Positions 37,501 through 49,243 of a stretch of DNA of 64,000 bases are shown one piece after another. The notes under the pieces are model-generated. The model saw only the letters and a program-made list of their open reading frames with translations, was not told the DNA's origin and searched no databases. The translations under genes were made by a program, and so were the position numbers. Location: positions 13,442 through 77,441 of the forward strand of contig JAFQCJ010000019.1 in assembly GCA_017416445.1 (NCBI GenBank), written 5' to 3'. The number at the start of each line of letters is the position of its first letter. Position 1 is the first letter of the stretch. Source of the DNA: Oscillospiraceae bacterium (GTDB taxonomy: Bacteria; Bacillota; Clostridia; Oscillospirales; Oscillospiraceae).

Positions 37501-37504
<4 letters not shown>
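36392..37504 (-). CDS. glgD: ADP-glucose pyrophosphorylase regulatory subunit
   Basis: [29 protein letters not shown]-terminal beta-helix; lacks the catalytic GGxGxR motif. Confidence 0.93.
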
Positions 37505-38711
<1,207 letters not shown>

Positions 38712-38715
<4 letters not shown>

Positions 38716-40586
38716 GCCTCTTTTCCTCCTGTAGAGCGTTTTGAGAGTCTGTATTTTCCCTGTAAAATGACCGCACCCAGCGGGGGGATGCGCAGCTCGA
38801 TGGACTGCTCCTCCCCGTGGGAGGGGATGTGCTCGGTGAAAACGGGCTCCGGGTTCACCACGCCGCTGCCGCCCCAGCATTCGTCGTCGGTGTTAAACAG
38901 CTCCTCATACTGCCGTTTGGGCGGTACGCCGAAGCGATAGTGCTCATGGGCAACAGGAGAGAAATTTACCGCCAGCAGCAGGGATTTCCCCTTGCGGTCA
39001 GTACGGCGGAACACCAGCACATTGTTGGTATTGTCATCCACCACCTGCCATTGGAAGCCCTCCCAGTCACGGTCGTTCTCCCACAGCGCCTTATGCTTGC
39101 GGTAGAAGCGGTTCAAAGCGCGGATACACTCGTGTGTCTTGCGGCACTCCTCGTTGTCCAGCAAATACCAGTCCAGACCTTTGCGGAAATTCCACTCGTG
39201 CCACTGGCCCAGCTCCGTGCCCATGAAGGTCAGCTTCTTGCCGGGGTGACAGAGCATATAGGCGTAGAAACTGCGGACACCGGCCAATTGCTGCCAGTCG
39301 TCACCGGGCATCTTACCCCGGAGAGAGCCTTTCATATGTACCACCTCATCGTGGGACACCGGCAGCACAAAATTCTCAGAGAACGCATACATGATGGAGA
39401 ATGTCACATCATGGTGATGGTCACGGCGGAAGAAGGGGTCCATCTTCAAATAGTGGCACACATCATTCATCCAGCCCATGTTCCACTTCAGGTTAAAGCC
39501 CAGACCGCCCACCTCGGGAGGATGGGTCACCTGCGGCCATGCCGTGGATTCCTCGGCCACCATCAGCACCGCAGGATTAACGGAGAAGGCGGTGCGGTTG
39601 AGCTGACGGAGGAACTCGATGGCCTCCAGATTCTCGTGACCGCCGTATTTGTTGGGCCGCCACTCCTGTCGGTCGTAGTCCAGATACAGCATAGATGCCA
39701 CAGCATCCACACGGAGACCATCGATGTGGTACTCCCGCAGCCAGAAGGCGGCGGAGGACAGCAGGAAGGAACACACATCCTCCTTGCCGTAATCGAAAAT
39801 GCGGGTACCCCAGCTCTTGTGCTCCCACTTGAGCTGGTCGGTATACTCATACAGACACGAGCCGTCGAACTGAATGAGGCCGTGGGCATCCTTGCAGAAG
39901 TGAGCCGGCACCCAGTCCAGGATCACGCCGATGCCGGCGCGGTGAAGCCGATCCACCAGATACATGAAATCGTGAGGCGTACCGTAGCGGGATGTGGGGG
40001 CAAAGTAGCCTGTGCACTGATAGCCCCAGCTGTCGTCCAGAGGGTACTCGGTAATGGGCAGGAGCTCTACATAGTTGTAGCCCATGTCCCGCACATATTT
40101 GGCCAGACGGTCGCCTATCTGGCGGTAATTGAGCACCTCGCCGTTCTCCGTGGTCTGCCACGAACCCAGGTGCACCTCATAGATATTGACACGCTCCTCG
40201 GCGGGACGGCGGGTTTTCTGTCTCTCCTGCCATTTCTGATCTTTCCATCGATAGCCGCCGATATCATAGAGCTTACCATTGGTGGACGGGCGTGTCTCCT
40301 GATGGAACCGATAGGGGTCTGCTTTCCACTGTACAGAGCCATCGGACTTGGTCACCACATACTGATACGCATCATACTGCTTGGCGTGGGCCACATGGAG
40401 TTCCCATGTGCCGTCCTCAAGGCGGATCATTCCCCACTGTTCCCAGCCACTGAAGTCACCGACCAGTGCCACATGGCGGGCATGGGGGGCCCATACGCGA
40501 AAGACCCAGCCCTCTTCGGCAGGATGGGCACCGAAGTATTCGTAAGCGCGATCCCACACGCCGCTATAGAGCAAATTCTCTCCCAT
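38712..40586 (-). CDS. glgB: 1,4-alpha-glucan branching enzyme
   Basis: [49 protein letters not shown]. Promoter TTGACG-17-TAAAAT at 40677-40649. Confidence 0.97.
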
Positions 40587-40691
40587 AGCTTGTCTCCCTC
40601 TCTCAAAGTCAAAAAGGTCACACTACTCCTAATTTTATATCCTGCTCTATTTTACCCTATTTTTGTCCTATCGTCAAGGAAACGAGGTAAC

Positions 40692-40720
40692 AAAAAACAG
40701 AGCCTTTGTGGCTCTGTTTT
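40692..40720 (-). terminator. Terminator after ybeY
   Basis: aaaacagagcc-tttgt-ggctctgtttt. Confidence 0.75.
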
Positions 40721-40727
40721 CGTTTTT

Positions 40728-41219
40728 TTACCGTGTAATGCCTAAAATGTCCATAATAGCTTCTTCTCTGGCGCGCATTCTGGCCTTTTCTTCTCCCTCG
40801 TCCAGATGGTCATAGCCCAGCAGATGCAGTACAGAGTGCACCACCAGATAGGCCAGCTCACGGCGTTTGGAGTGGCCGTACTCCCCGGCCTGTGCCTCGA
40901 CACGCTCCATGGACAGGCACATATCCCCCAGAGGGATGAGGCCTGTGGCGGGATCGGTATCCAGCTCGTCGGGCAGCTCCCCGGGGATAAGATCAAACAT
41001 AGGGAAGCTCAGCACATCGGTGGGCGCATCCACCTGCCGCATCTCACGATTGATCTCATGGATACCGCTGTCGTTGGTAATCCGCACATTGATCTCACAG
41101 GGAAGCTCCAACCCCTCCGCTGCCAGCGCCGTGCGGATGACTTTGCGGATAAATGCCCGCAAGCCCTCGTTGATCCCCGGCACATCGGCGGTAACAGGGA
41201 TATAATGTCTTTTTGCCAT
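40728..41219 (-). CDS. ybeY: rRNA maturation RNase YbeY
   Basis: PTDVLSFP, LGD, HSVLHLLGYDH. Confidence 0.95.
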   Translation of the reverse strand: MAKRHYIPVTADVPGINEGLRAFIRKVIRTALAAEGLELPCEINVRITNDSGIHEINREMRQVDAPTDVLSFPMFDLIPGELPDELDTDPATGLIPLGDMCLSMERVEAQAGEYGHSKRRELAYLVVHSVLHLLGYDHLDEGEEKARMRAREEAIMDILGITR

Positions 41220-41229
41220 GGTCTCACCC

Positions 41230-42189
41230 TTACTTTCTCTTTTTCTCCTCGTAGCGGTCGTATGCCTCGATGATGCGCTGCACCATTACATGGCGCACCA
41301 CATCCTCCTGTGTCAGCTTGCAGATGCCCACGCCCTCCACATCCCGCAGCACCTTCATGGCCTCCTTGAGGCCGCTGGTCTTGTCGGCGGGCAGATCGAT
41401 CTGGGTAATGTCACCGGTGATAACCACTTTGGATCCAAAGCCCATGCGGGTGAGGAACATCTTCATCTGCTCACGGGAGGTGTTTTGCGCCTCGTCAAGG
41501 ATGATAAAGCTGTCATCCAGCGTGCGTCCGCGCATATAGGCAAGCGGGGCCACCTCAATGTTGCCACGCTCGAGATATTTCTGATATGTCTCGGCACCCA
41601 GCATATCAAAAAGAGCGTCGTACAGCGGCCGGAGATAGGGATCCACCTTGCTCTGCAGATCGCCGGGCAGGAAGCCCAACCGCTCACCGGCCTCCACAGC
41701 GGGGCGGGTAAGGATGATGCGGTTGACCTGCTTGTCACGGAAGGCCGCCACGGCTGCTGCCACCGCCAGATAGGTCTTACCCGTACCGGCAGGACCTACA
41801 CCGATGGTGACGGTGTTGTTCTCCACGCTGTCCATATACTGCTTCTGGCCGATGGTCTTGGGTTTGACAGGGCGCCCTTTGGAGGTAATGCAGATCACAT
41901 CCTGCGTCAGCTCCGTGATGCGCTCACTCTGTCCCGAGCGGGCAAGGCCGATGACATAGCGCACATGCTGTTCATTGATACTCTCCCCCTTGGCACTGAG
42001 GGTGAGCAGGGCACGGACAGCTTTCTCCGCCAGCATCACATTTTCCACATCGCCGCTGAGAACGATCTCTCCGCCGCGGTTGACCACCATCACCCCGAAC
42101 TCCGCCTCCAAAAGGCGGATATTTTCATCGAAGGAGCCAAAGACATCAATGGCCTCTTCCATACGCTCAATACCGATACGCTGTTCCAT
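41230..42189 (-). CDS. phoH: PhoH-family ATPase
   Basis: GPAGTGKTYLA, RPAVEAGERLGFLPG, APLAYMRGRT, LDEAQN. Confidence 0.95.
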   Translation of the reverse strand: MEQRIGIERMEEAIDVFGSFDENIRLLEAEFGVMVVNRGGEIVLSGDVENVMLAEKAVRALLTLSAKGESINEQHVRYVIGLARSGQSERITELTQDVICITSKGRPVKPKTIGQKQYMDSVENNTVTIGVGPAGTGKTYLAVAAAVAAFRDKQVNRIILTRPAVEAGERLGFLPGDLQSKVDPYLRPLYDALFDMLGAETYQKYLERGNIEVAPLAYMRGRTLDDSFIILDEAQNTSREQMKMFLTRMGFGSKVVITGDITQIDLPADKTSGLKEAMKVLRDVEGVGICKLTQEDVVRHVMVQRIIEAYDRYEEKKRK

Positions 42190-42213
42190 AGTTCACTCTT
42201 CTTTCCTGTACAG

Positions 42214-43404
42214 TCATTCCCCGTATGCAACGGGCACTTCCATGCCCAGCTGCTCACGGCACTCCGCCACCAATGTCACCAGGAGGAGTTCTCCCTCCAG
42301 GCGGTGGGTAAATCGGGTATCCGTTACGGTCCCCCCCTCTCCCAGCTGTGCCGTCAGCTGCTGCAGCAGCCACAACTTGCCCTCGGAGAGCGCTGCCTCC
42401 TCACTGCGGCAGATCTGCTGCCACTCATGCTGTACCGTCTGCTCACGGCACAGGGAAAGCGGCAGTTCTCCGCCAAAAGGCAGCTTTACGGGATAGGTTA
42501 CGGTTATTTTATCACATCCTGCACCTAAGATGCTACCCCTTGGGAAGAAATTTATCCGTTTGTTTCCCACTAAAAGGGAATATCGCGTCCTCTCCCGCTG
42601 TATCTCCCCCTGTACCTGCACGGTCAACGGCACACGGGCAGTAAAGGTATACCATGTTCTGCCCCATATCTCTCCCGTGGCATGCAGGAACCTCACGCCG
42701 CCGAAACGCCCGTCACTGACACCGGAAAGGAGCAGCTGCCCCCTTGTCACCGTATCCCCCACCGCAACACAGCTTTTCCCGTTCAAAGCCCGCACCTCTG
42801 TGATAAGGCCACTTTTTTCTGCCACCACATTGGCAGCTACATAGGGGTCATAGCGCCGGGGCGGACGCTGCCGCTCCACCACCTGCACATGGGCGGTACA
42901 GCCCCGCACATTCACCGTCAGCCACGACAGATCATGGAGCTCCAGCAGTACGCGGTTGCGCAAAGCTTCCTGATCAACGGAAAGGGCGCGGGTGCCGAAG
43001 GCGACACCGTGGCGTTCCAGTGCCCGCAAGATCTCCTGATCGGATACCGTCTCATTGCCGCTGACAGAGAAGAATAAGATCACGCTGGACCCCACCCACA
43101 GCCACAAAAGCGCCAGCACCACCGCAGTCAGGAGTACATACCGCCGCCGCACGCGGCGCAGCATCACAGGGGCGCCGCGGTGCTCCAGTTCCTCCCACTC
43201 CACCGCCCCCTCTTCCGTCACAGCGCGGAGCGTACGCAGCCCATCGGCAGTGGTGTGGAAGCAAAAGGTGTAGGCATCTTCCCACGACAGACCCCAAAAA
43301 GGGACCTCGTGGGCTGAGCACAGGTTCAGCACCCGCTCGGGCGCAGCGCTGCGGCAGCGGGCCGTCACTTCACCCCGCAGGTAGTTTACTGTTTTCCGAT
43401 ACAT
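42214..43404 (-). CDS. yqfD: Sporulation protein YqfD (stage IV)
   Basis: NYLRG, PERVLN, one TM, V.GNETV, VAEKSG.I, GQLLLSG; synteny yqfC-yqfD-phoH. Confidence 0.85.
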   Translation of the reverse strand: MYRKTVNYLRGEVTARCRSAAPERVLNLCSAHEVPFWGLSWEDAYTFCFHTTADGLRTLRAVTEEGAVEWEELEHRGAPVMLRRVRRRYVLLTAVVLALLWLWVGSSVILFFSVSGNETVSDQEILRALERHGVAFGTRALSVDQEALRNRVLLELHDLSWLTVNVRGCTAHVQVVERQRPPRRYDPYVAANVVAEKSGLITEVRALNGKSCVAVGDTVTRGQLLLSGVSDGRFGGVRFLHATGEIWGRTWYTFTARVPLTVQVQGEIQRERTRYSLLVGNKRINFFPRGSILGAGCDKITVTYPVKLPFGGELPLSLCREQTVQHEWQQICRSEEAALSEGKLWLLQQLTAQLGEGGTVTDTRFTHRLEGELLLVTLVAECREQLGMEVPVAYGE

Positions 43405-43409
43405 CTTCC

Positions 43410-43697
43410 CTATTCCACCAGTTCTACTTTCCCGATGTGACCCGTGATACGCAGTTCCTCGTCTGTCATGGCCTGTAATTGCAGCTCACGCCCCGTAAGC
43501 CGCACGATCACCGAACCGCCGTTGATGTCCACCGCCTCCGTGGAATAGCCCAGCACACCCCGATGACGGTCCATATAAAACGAATGGGTCCCCACCAGTT
43601 CCATCCGCGGCAGGTTCGGCGCCAGCACCGTAGGCAAGTCCAGCTTGTCTGTAACCTCCACCGCCCGGTGCAGCAGTCTCCGTCCGCGCTCTTCCAT
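43410..43697 (-). CDS. yqfC: YabP/YqfC-family sporulation protein
   Basis: LDLP..LAPNLPRMELVG...HRGVLGY...G.EL.L..M..EELRITG. AGGAGG RBS. Confidence 0.85.
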   Translation of the reverse strand: MEERGRRLLHRAVEVTDKLDLPTVLAPNLPRMELVGTHSFYMDRHRGVLGYSTEAVDINGGSVIVRLTGRELQLQAMTDEELRITGHIGKVELVE

Positions 43698-43784
43698 ATC
43701 GCTCCCTCCTTTTCTTCCTAAACCTATGCAGACATAGGGCAAAACTTGCCTCTGTACATCATACAGTAGGACGAGGTGATGACC

Positions 43785-44654
43785 ATGGCAAAACACTGGC
43801 GTAATCTTTTTCTCTTTCTTCCCACGGCGGCAGTGATGGCACTGCTGCTCCTCCGCTCCGACATCGCCGCAGAGGCAGTACGAGCAGGGCTGCGGCTGTG
43901 TGCCTCCTCCCTGCTGCCATCTCTGTTTCCCTTCTTTGTAGCGGTGAGCTTTGCCGTGGAGGCCGGTTTGTTCCATACGCTGCGCAGCTGGGGAATCCCC
44001 ACAGCGGCAGCCATCTTCACTCTTGGGGCACTGGGAGGCTATCCCCTGGGCGGCAAAACAGTGGCAGAGGCATATCGTGTCGGTCTGCTGACAAAGGAGG
44101 AGGCGGAGCGACTTCTGTGCTGCTGCAACAATGCAGGCCCCGCTTTTATCCTCACGGTGGTGGGGAGGCATGTATTCCGGAACCCTGTCGCAGGATTCTC
44201 CCTGTGGGGCATCCATCTCTCCGTGGCACTGCTGCTCTTTCTCCTCTCCCGAAGTAAAATACCCTCCACGCTTCCGCCAACCCCACCCCGATTTTCCTTC
44301 GTCAGTGCCTTCCTCTCAGCAGTAACGGAGGCGGCGGAAGCCATGGTACGCCTGTGTGCTTTCGTGGTGTTCTTCTCTGTGGTGATGGCACTTCTGTCCA
44401 CTGCCTCAGGGGGCGTTCCACCCCTGCTGGCGGGATTCGTGGAGTTGACGGTCGGCGTGACGAATCTCACATTCCATCGCCGCGGTTTTACGGCAGCCGC
44501 CGCACTTCTCGGCTGGGGTGGTGTGGCGGTACACTGTCAGACCGCAGCGGTTCTGTCCCACACCGATCTGTCCCTGCGTTCCTATCTCGGGGCAAAAGTC
44601 CTCCACGGCCTCCTCTCGGCAGCCGCCGCATGGTGCGTGTTTCCCCTGCTGTAG
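43785..44654 (+). CDS. ylbJ: Sporulation integral membrane protein YlbJ-like
   Basis: GLRLC...LLPSLFPF, GYPLGG, CNNAGPAFI, ELTVG, GWGGVAVHCQ. Confidence 0.8.
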   Translation: MAKHWRNLFLFLPTAAVMALLLLRSDIAAEAVRAGLRLCASSLLPSLFPFFVAVSFAVEAGLFHTLRSWGIPTAAAIFTLGALGGYPLGGKTVAEAYRVGLLTKEEAERLLCCCNNAGPAFILTVVGRHVFRNPVAGFSLWGIHLSVALLLFLLSRSKIPSTLPPTPPRFSFVSAFLSAVTEAAEAMVRLCAFVVFFSVVMALLSTASGGVPPLLAGFVELTVGVTNLTFHRRGFTAAAALLGWGGVAVHCQTAAVLSHTDLSLRSYLGAKVLHGLLSAAAAWCVFPLL

Positions 44655-44691
44655 AAAAAACCGACCCTCTGTGTGAAAGGGTCGGTTTTTC
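44655..44691. terminator. Bidirectional terminator between ylbJ and uvrC
   Basis: aaaaaccgaccct...agggtcggttttt. Confidence 0.8.
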
Positions 44692-46509
44692 TCACTTTTC
44701 ATGGAGCTGTTTCCACAATGCCTGCGCCACTGCCCCAGGCAGCACGGCAGACAGTTCCTCCTCCGTGGCAGAGGCAATGGCACGGACGGTGCCGAAGTGC
44801 TTCATCAGTGCTTTCTTACGGGCAGGACCAAGGCCCGCCACACCGTCAAGGCGACTGCGGAAGGTGCGTTTTTTTCTCTTCTGCTGCTGGAAGGAAAGGG
44901 CAAAACGGTGGGTCTCCTCCTGTATCCGTCCGATAAGGGCAAAGATATGGGGGGACTGGGATATCCCCAACTCCTCCCCTGCGGCGTTTACCAGCCCACG
45001 GGTGCGATGCTTATCATCTTTCACCATGCCCAGAGTGGGCACAAAAACTCCCAACTCCTGTTGGGCCGCCAAAGCGGCGTGTACCTGCCCCACACCACCG
45101 TCAATGAGCAATACATCCGGCAAGGGAGGAAAGGTCTCATCCTCCCCGTGGCTCAACCGCCGCAGCAGCACCTCGTACATCGCACCGTAGTCGTCTCCCC
45201 CCGACACTGTCTCCACAGAGAACTTGCGATAATCCCGTTTCATCGGCTTTCCCTCTGCAAAGACCACCATGGAGGCCACCGTGTCCTCACCGCCGAGGTG
45301 GGAGATATCGTAACTCTCCATGCGGCGGGGCAGTTCCGGGAGGGAGGCCAGTTTCTGCAAATCTGCCAGCGTGCGGCTCACCCGTTCTGATTCGGTGGTA
45401 ATGCGTTCCACTTCCTCGCGGGCATTCTGCCGTGCCATGTCCACCAAATGAGAGCGCTCGCCTCGCTGCGGTACATGGAGACGCACTTTCCGCCCCACAC
45501 GCTCCGACAGCGCCTGCTCCATCACATCGGAATCCTCAAAGTCGCAGGGCAGCAAGATCTCACGGGGCAGGGCATCGCGGCGGAGATAGTACTGGCTCAG
45601 TACCGCCGCAAGGATATCCTGCTCCTCGCTGTCGGCAGCAGTGGAGAACACCTCCACCTCGCGGCCCAGAAGGTCTCCGTCCTCAATATGGAGCACCGCC
45701 GCGCCGCACTTGACCGCGCCGCTGTACACACCCCATACATCGGTGTCGGCGCAGACTCCTGCAATGACCTGCTGCTGCTTGCTCAGCACCGTGAGGGCAC
45801 GAATGCGGTCACGGAGGGCAGCAGCTTTCTCAAAAGCCATCTCCTCCGCCGCCTGCTCCATCTCCCGCTGCAGCGAGGCCGTCACCTGCCGAAGCTTTCC
45901 GGAGAACAGATCGGCGGCCTGTTCCATACGGCGGCGGTACTCCCTTCCATCAGGGCCATCGGTGCGGCAAAACCCGTCACACTTGCCGATATGGAAATTG
46001 AGGCAGGGCCGCTCCTTGCCGATATCCCGGGGAAAGCGTCGGGAACAGGTAGGCAGCTTCAGGGCCGCCGACACCGCCTGCAGCGCCTGCCGCGTCTCAT
46101 GGCGACCACCGAAGGGGCCAAAATACTGTGCTCCATCCTCGGCCGCCTTGCTGACAAAGGTAAACCGGGGATATTCCTCCCCTCTGTCCATGCGGACAAA
46201 GGGATACCCCTTGTCGTCTTTCAAAAGGATGTTGAACCGCGGCTGATGCCGCTTGATGAGGGAGTTTTCCAGAATGAGGGCCTCAAACTCCGAGCGCACC
46301 ACGATGGTGTCGAACTTCTCCACCTGGGAAACCATCATCCGCGTCTTTTCATTGTGCCGTGCCGAGGACTGAAAATACTGGCTGACGCGGTTTTTCAACT
46401 TCTTGGCCTTGCCTACATAGATGACGAGACCCGTCTTGTCCATCATGAGATAGACGCCGGGCAGCAGCGGCAGACTCTCCGCCGCCTGCAGCAGTTCTTC
46501 TCTTTTCAT
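44692..46509 (-). CDS. uvrC: Excinuclease ABC subunit C
   Basis: PGVYLM..IYVGKAK.LKNRV.QYF (GIY-YIG), ESYDISH, LIDGG.GQ, EETHRFA, HhH. Confidence 0.96.
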   Translation of the reverse strand: MKREELLQAAESLPLLPGVYLMMDKTGLVIYVGKAKKLKNRVSQYFQSSARHNEKTRMMVSQVEKFDTIVVRSEFEALILENSLIKRHQPRFNILLKDDKGYPFVRMDRGEEYPRFTFVSKAAEDGAQYFGPFGGRHETRQALQAVSAALKLPTCSRRFPRDIGKERPCLNFHIGKCDGFCRTDGPDGREYRRRMEQAADLFSGKLRQVTASLQREMEQAAEEMAFEKAAALRDRIRALTVLSKQQQVIAGVCADTDVWGVYSGAVKCGAAVLHIEDGDLLGREVEVFSTAADSEEQDILAAVLSQYYLRRDALPREILLPCDFEDSDVMEQALSERVGRKVRLHVPQRGERSHLVDMARQNAREEVERITTESERVSRTLADLQKLASLPELPRRMESYDISHLGGEDTVASMVVFAEGKPMKRDYRKFSVETVSGGDDYGAMYEVLLRRLSHGEDETFPPLPDVLLIDGGVGQVHAALAAQQELGVFVPTLGMVKDDKHRTRGLVNAAGEELGISQSPHIFALIGRIQEETHRFALSFQQQKRKKRTFRSRLDGVAGLGPARKKALMKHFGTVRAIASATEEELSAVLPGAVAQALWKQLHEK

Positions 46510-46642
46510 GGTCCCGTCACCTCCTCAAATTGTCTTTTTATGCAGTATACCACGCCGCCGCCACAGGGTGCAAGGTTGCTTTTTGCCGATACGGGGGATA
46601 TAATAGAGAAAATTCTGCCTCACAGACAAGGAGGATACCGCC

Positions 46643-47464
46643 ATGATCCAGGATATCGCCCCCCATCGCTTTGACCGCCGCTATGACACCCGTCCCGCCG
46701 CCGGAGATGACATTGCCCTTTGCTACCGGAAAGGCACTGTTCTGTTAAAGGTAGTGGGTGAGGAATACGCCCTCCCCTGCTTTGATGAGGTCATTCCTGT
46801 CAACGATGCCCGCCATCTCTTCGAATTGGACGGGAACGACTGCTTCATGGTGATGAATCCTCCCGCCGAAGCCCCTGAGGGCTTCCGCTATGTGCCCTAT
46901 ATGGAACTGCGTACTGTCCGCCCACAGGAGGTGGCCTTTGCCGCTATTACAGGGGCACAGCTCCACCGCTGGTATGGCTCACGGAAATACTGCGGACGCT
47001 GCGGGCAGAAGCTGCAGCCCAGCGATATCGAGCGAGCCATGGTCTGCCCCGACTGCGGGATCATTGAATACCCCAAGATCTGCCCCGCCGTCATCGTGGC
47101 TGTTACTCACGGCGACAAACTGCTGGTGACCCGTTACGCCGACCGTCCCTTCCGGGGCTGGGCGCTGATCGCGGGATTTGTGGAGATCGGCGAGACGCTG
47201 GAGGACACGGTGCGCCGCGAGGTGATGGAGGAGGTGGGGCTGAAGGTGAAGAACCTGCGCTACTACAAAAATCAGCCCTGGTCTTTTACCGACACGCTGC
47301 TGTGCGGTTTCTACTGCGAGCTGGAGGGTGATGAAACCGTCACGCTGGACACAGCAGAGCTGAAAGAGGCTCACTGGCTCAGCCGCGCTGAGATTCCGCC
47401 GCGGCAGAACGAGGCCAGCCTCACCGCCGAGATGATGGAGATGTTCCGTCTGGGACTGGCATAA
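46643..47464 (+). CDS. nudC: NAD(+) diphosphatase NudC
   Basis: CGRCG/CPDC zinc ribbon, YPKICPAVIV, Nudix box GFVEIGETLEDTVRREVMEEVG, NQPW.F. Confidence 0.92.
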   Translation: MIQDIAPHRFDRRYDTRPAAGDDIALCYRKGTVLLKVVGEEYALPCFDEVIPVNDARHLFELDGNDCFMVMNPPAEAPEGFRYVPYMELRTVRPQEVAFAAITGAQLHRWYGSRKYCGRCGQKLQPSDIERAMVCPDCGIIEYPKICPAVIVAVTHGDKLLVTRYADRPFRGWALIAGFVEIGETLEDTVRREVMEEVGLKVKNLRYYKNQPWSFTDTLLCGFYCELEGDETVTLDTAELKEAHWLSRAEIPPRQNEASLTAEMMEMFRLGLA

Positions 47465-47471
47465 CAACAGA

Positions 47472-47500
47472 TAAAGCGTCTGCCTGCAGGCAGACGCTTT
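47472..47500. terminator. Bidirectional terminator between nudC and the TRIC gene
   Basis: aaagcgtctgcc-tgca-ggcagacgcttt. Confidence 0.75.
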
Positions 47501-47504
47501 TCGT

Positions 47505-48167
47505 TTATTCCGGTTTTTCGCTGTCCTCCACATCGCGGGCACGGGGCAGATCCCAGCGGAAATGCGCCGCACACAAGCGCAGCACAAACACCACCACAAA
47601 ACCTGCGATGTAGCCCAGCCCCATATCGGCATAGCGGCCGCAGAGACAGCAGACAACGGCGCCCGCCGCGGCAGCCAGTGCGTAGATATGCTTAACAAAA
47701 ATATAGGGGACATCTCCTGCCAGCACATCGCGGAGCACGCCACCGCCCACACCCGTCAGCACACCGAGGAACACGCACAGCAGGATGTTGTCGCCGTGGC
47801 CCGCCGCCACCGTAACGCCTACACCCACTACGGTGAAGATCCCGAGACCCACCGAATCGCTGAGGAGCAGCAGAAGGTCAAAAATACGATGGTTGGTAAA
47901 CAGGGCGCGGCGCACCGCCGGCACAAACATCACCAGCGCCGTGGCAAGGCCCACATAGAGATACACCGCGTTGGTAAACACCGCAGGAGGCAGGGCCCCC
48001 AGCAGCACATCACGGGTAATGCCGCCGCCGATGGCCGTCACAAGTCCCAGCACGCAGACACCGAGGATGTCCATATTTTTCCGGATGGCGGTGGTGGCAC
48101 CGCTGATGGCAAAGGCCACTGTACCGAACAATTCCAAAATAAAGGTCAGGTCGCCCATGGTCGCCAT
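47505..48167 (-). CDS. Trimeric intracellular cation channel (UPF0126) family protein
   Basis: GTVAFAISG, TAIGGGITRD, TGVGGGVLRD internal repeat. Start may be 48158. Confidence 0.9.
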   Translation of the reverse strand: MATMGDLTFILELFGTVAFAISGATTAIRKNMDILGVCVLGLVTAIGGGITRDVLLGALPPAVFTNAVYLYVGLATALVMFVPAVRRALFTNHRIFDLLLLLSDSVGLGIFTVVGVGVTVAAGHGDNILLCVFLGVLTGVGGGVLRDVLAGDVPYIFVKHIYALAAAAGAVVCCLCGRYADMGLGYIAGFVVVFVLRLCAAHFRWDLPRARDVEDSEKPE

Positions 48168-48337
48168 CTCTCCTTCTTCTTTCGTAAACCACTTCACAGT
48201 ATAGGCCACGGAGAAAAAAAGTCAACTGCTGAGGGAAAAATTATCGTAGACATTCCCACAAATCGGGGCTATACTGTATTGTGGTGTGGTATGCACACTG
48301 TAAAACTGCTCAAATGAAAGAAAGTTGAGGATCACCT

Positions 48338-49240
48338 ATGAACGCCATTAACAAAACCGCCATGATCACCGTCTGTGGCCGCCCCAATGTGGGTAAGTCC
48401 AGCCTCACCAACGCCCTGGTAGGAGAGAAGATCGCCATTGTGTCCAAAAAGCCGCAGACCACCCGCAACCGCATTTACGGTGTGGTCAACCGCGACAATA
48501 CCCAGTTCGTATTGCTGGATACACCCGGCCTCCACAAGCCCAAGTCCCGCTTGGGTGACTACATGGTGAAAGTGGTGCGGGAGAGCCTGTCCTCCGTGGA
48601 GGCTGCTGTGCTGCTGGTGGAGCCCATCGCCCATGTGGGCGAGCCTGAGCGCATTTTGCTCCAGCGCATTAAGGAAGAACAACTCCCCGCTGTTTTGTGT
48701 ATCAATAAAGTGGACACCGTAACAGATAAGTCCGCCCTGTTGGAAGTCATCGCTGCCTACAGCGCCGAGTTCGATGGGTTCGATGCCATTATCCCTATCT
48801 CTGCCCGTACCGGAGACGGTCTCGAGGAGCTCCTCAAGCATCTGCAGCAGTATGCGCAGGAGGGTCCTCAGCTCTTCCCCGACGGCATGACTACCGACCA
48901 GCCCGACGCACAGGTGTGTGCCGAGATGGTGCGGGAGAAAATGCTCCACTGCCTCGATAAAGAGATCCCCCACGGCACCGCCGTGGAAGTGACCCGCTTC
49001 ACCGAGCGCATTGACAGCGGCATCATTGATCTGGATGTGACCATCTACTGTGAAAAGAAAAGCCACAAGGGCATTATCATCGGCAAGAACGGCGAGATGA
49101 TCAAGCACATTTCCACTCTTGCCCGCCGCGATATTGAGAAATTCATGGGCACCAAGGTCTATATGGAGACCTGGGTAAAGGTGAAAGAAAACTGGCGGGA
49201 CAATGCCCATTTCATCCGCGCACAGGGTTACGAGGACTAA
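48338..49240 (+). CDS. era: GTPase Era
   Basis: GRPNVGKS, KPQTTR, DTPG, NKVD, KH domain GIIIGKNG. Confidence 0.97.
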   Translation: MNAINKTAMITVCGRPNVGKSSLTNALVGEKIAIVSKKPQTTRNRIYGVVNRDNTQFVLLDTPGLHKPKSRLGDYMVKVVRESLSSVEAAVLLVEPIAHVGEPERILLQRIKEEQLPAVLCINKVDTVTDKSALLEVIAAYSAEFDGFDAIIPISARTGDGLEELLKHLQQYAQEGPQLFPDGMTTDQPDAQVCAEMVREKMLHCLDKEIPHGTAVEVTRFTERIDSGIIDLDVTIYCEKKSHKGIIIGKNGEMIKHISTLARRDIEKFMGTKVYMETWVKVKENWRDNAHFIRAQGYED

Positions 49241-49243
49241 GGG

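Noticed and set aside
43700-43775. Divergent sigmaE promoters for yqfC and ylbJ
   Set aside because: CATA-type -10 elements are present (CATACAGT, CATAGGTT) but I could not place convincing -35 boxes, so they are not listed as features.
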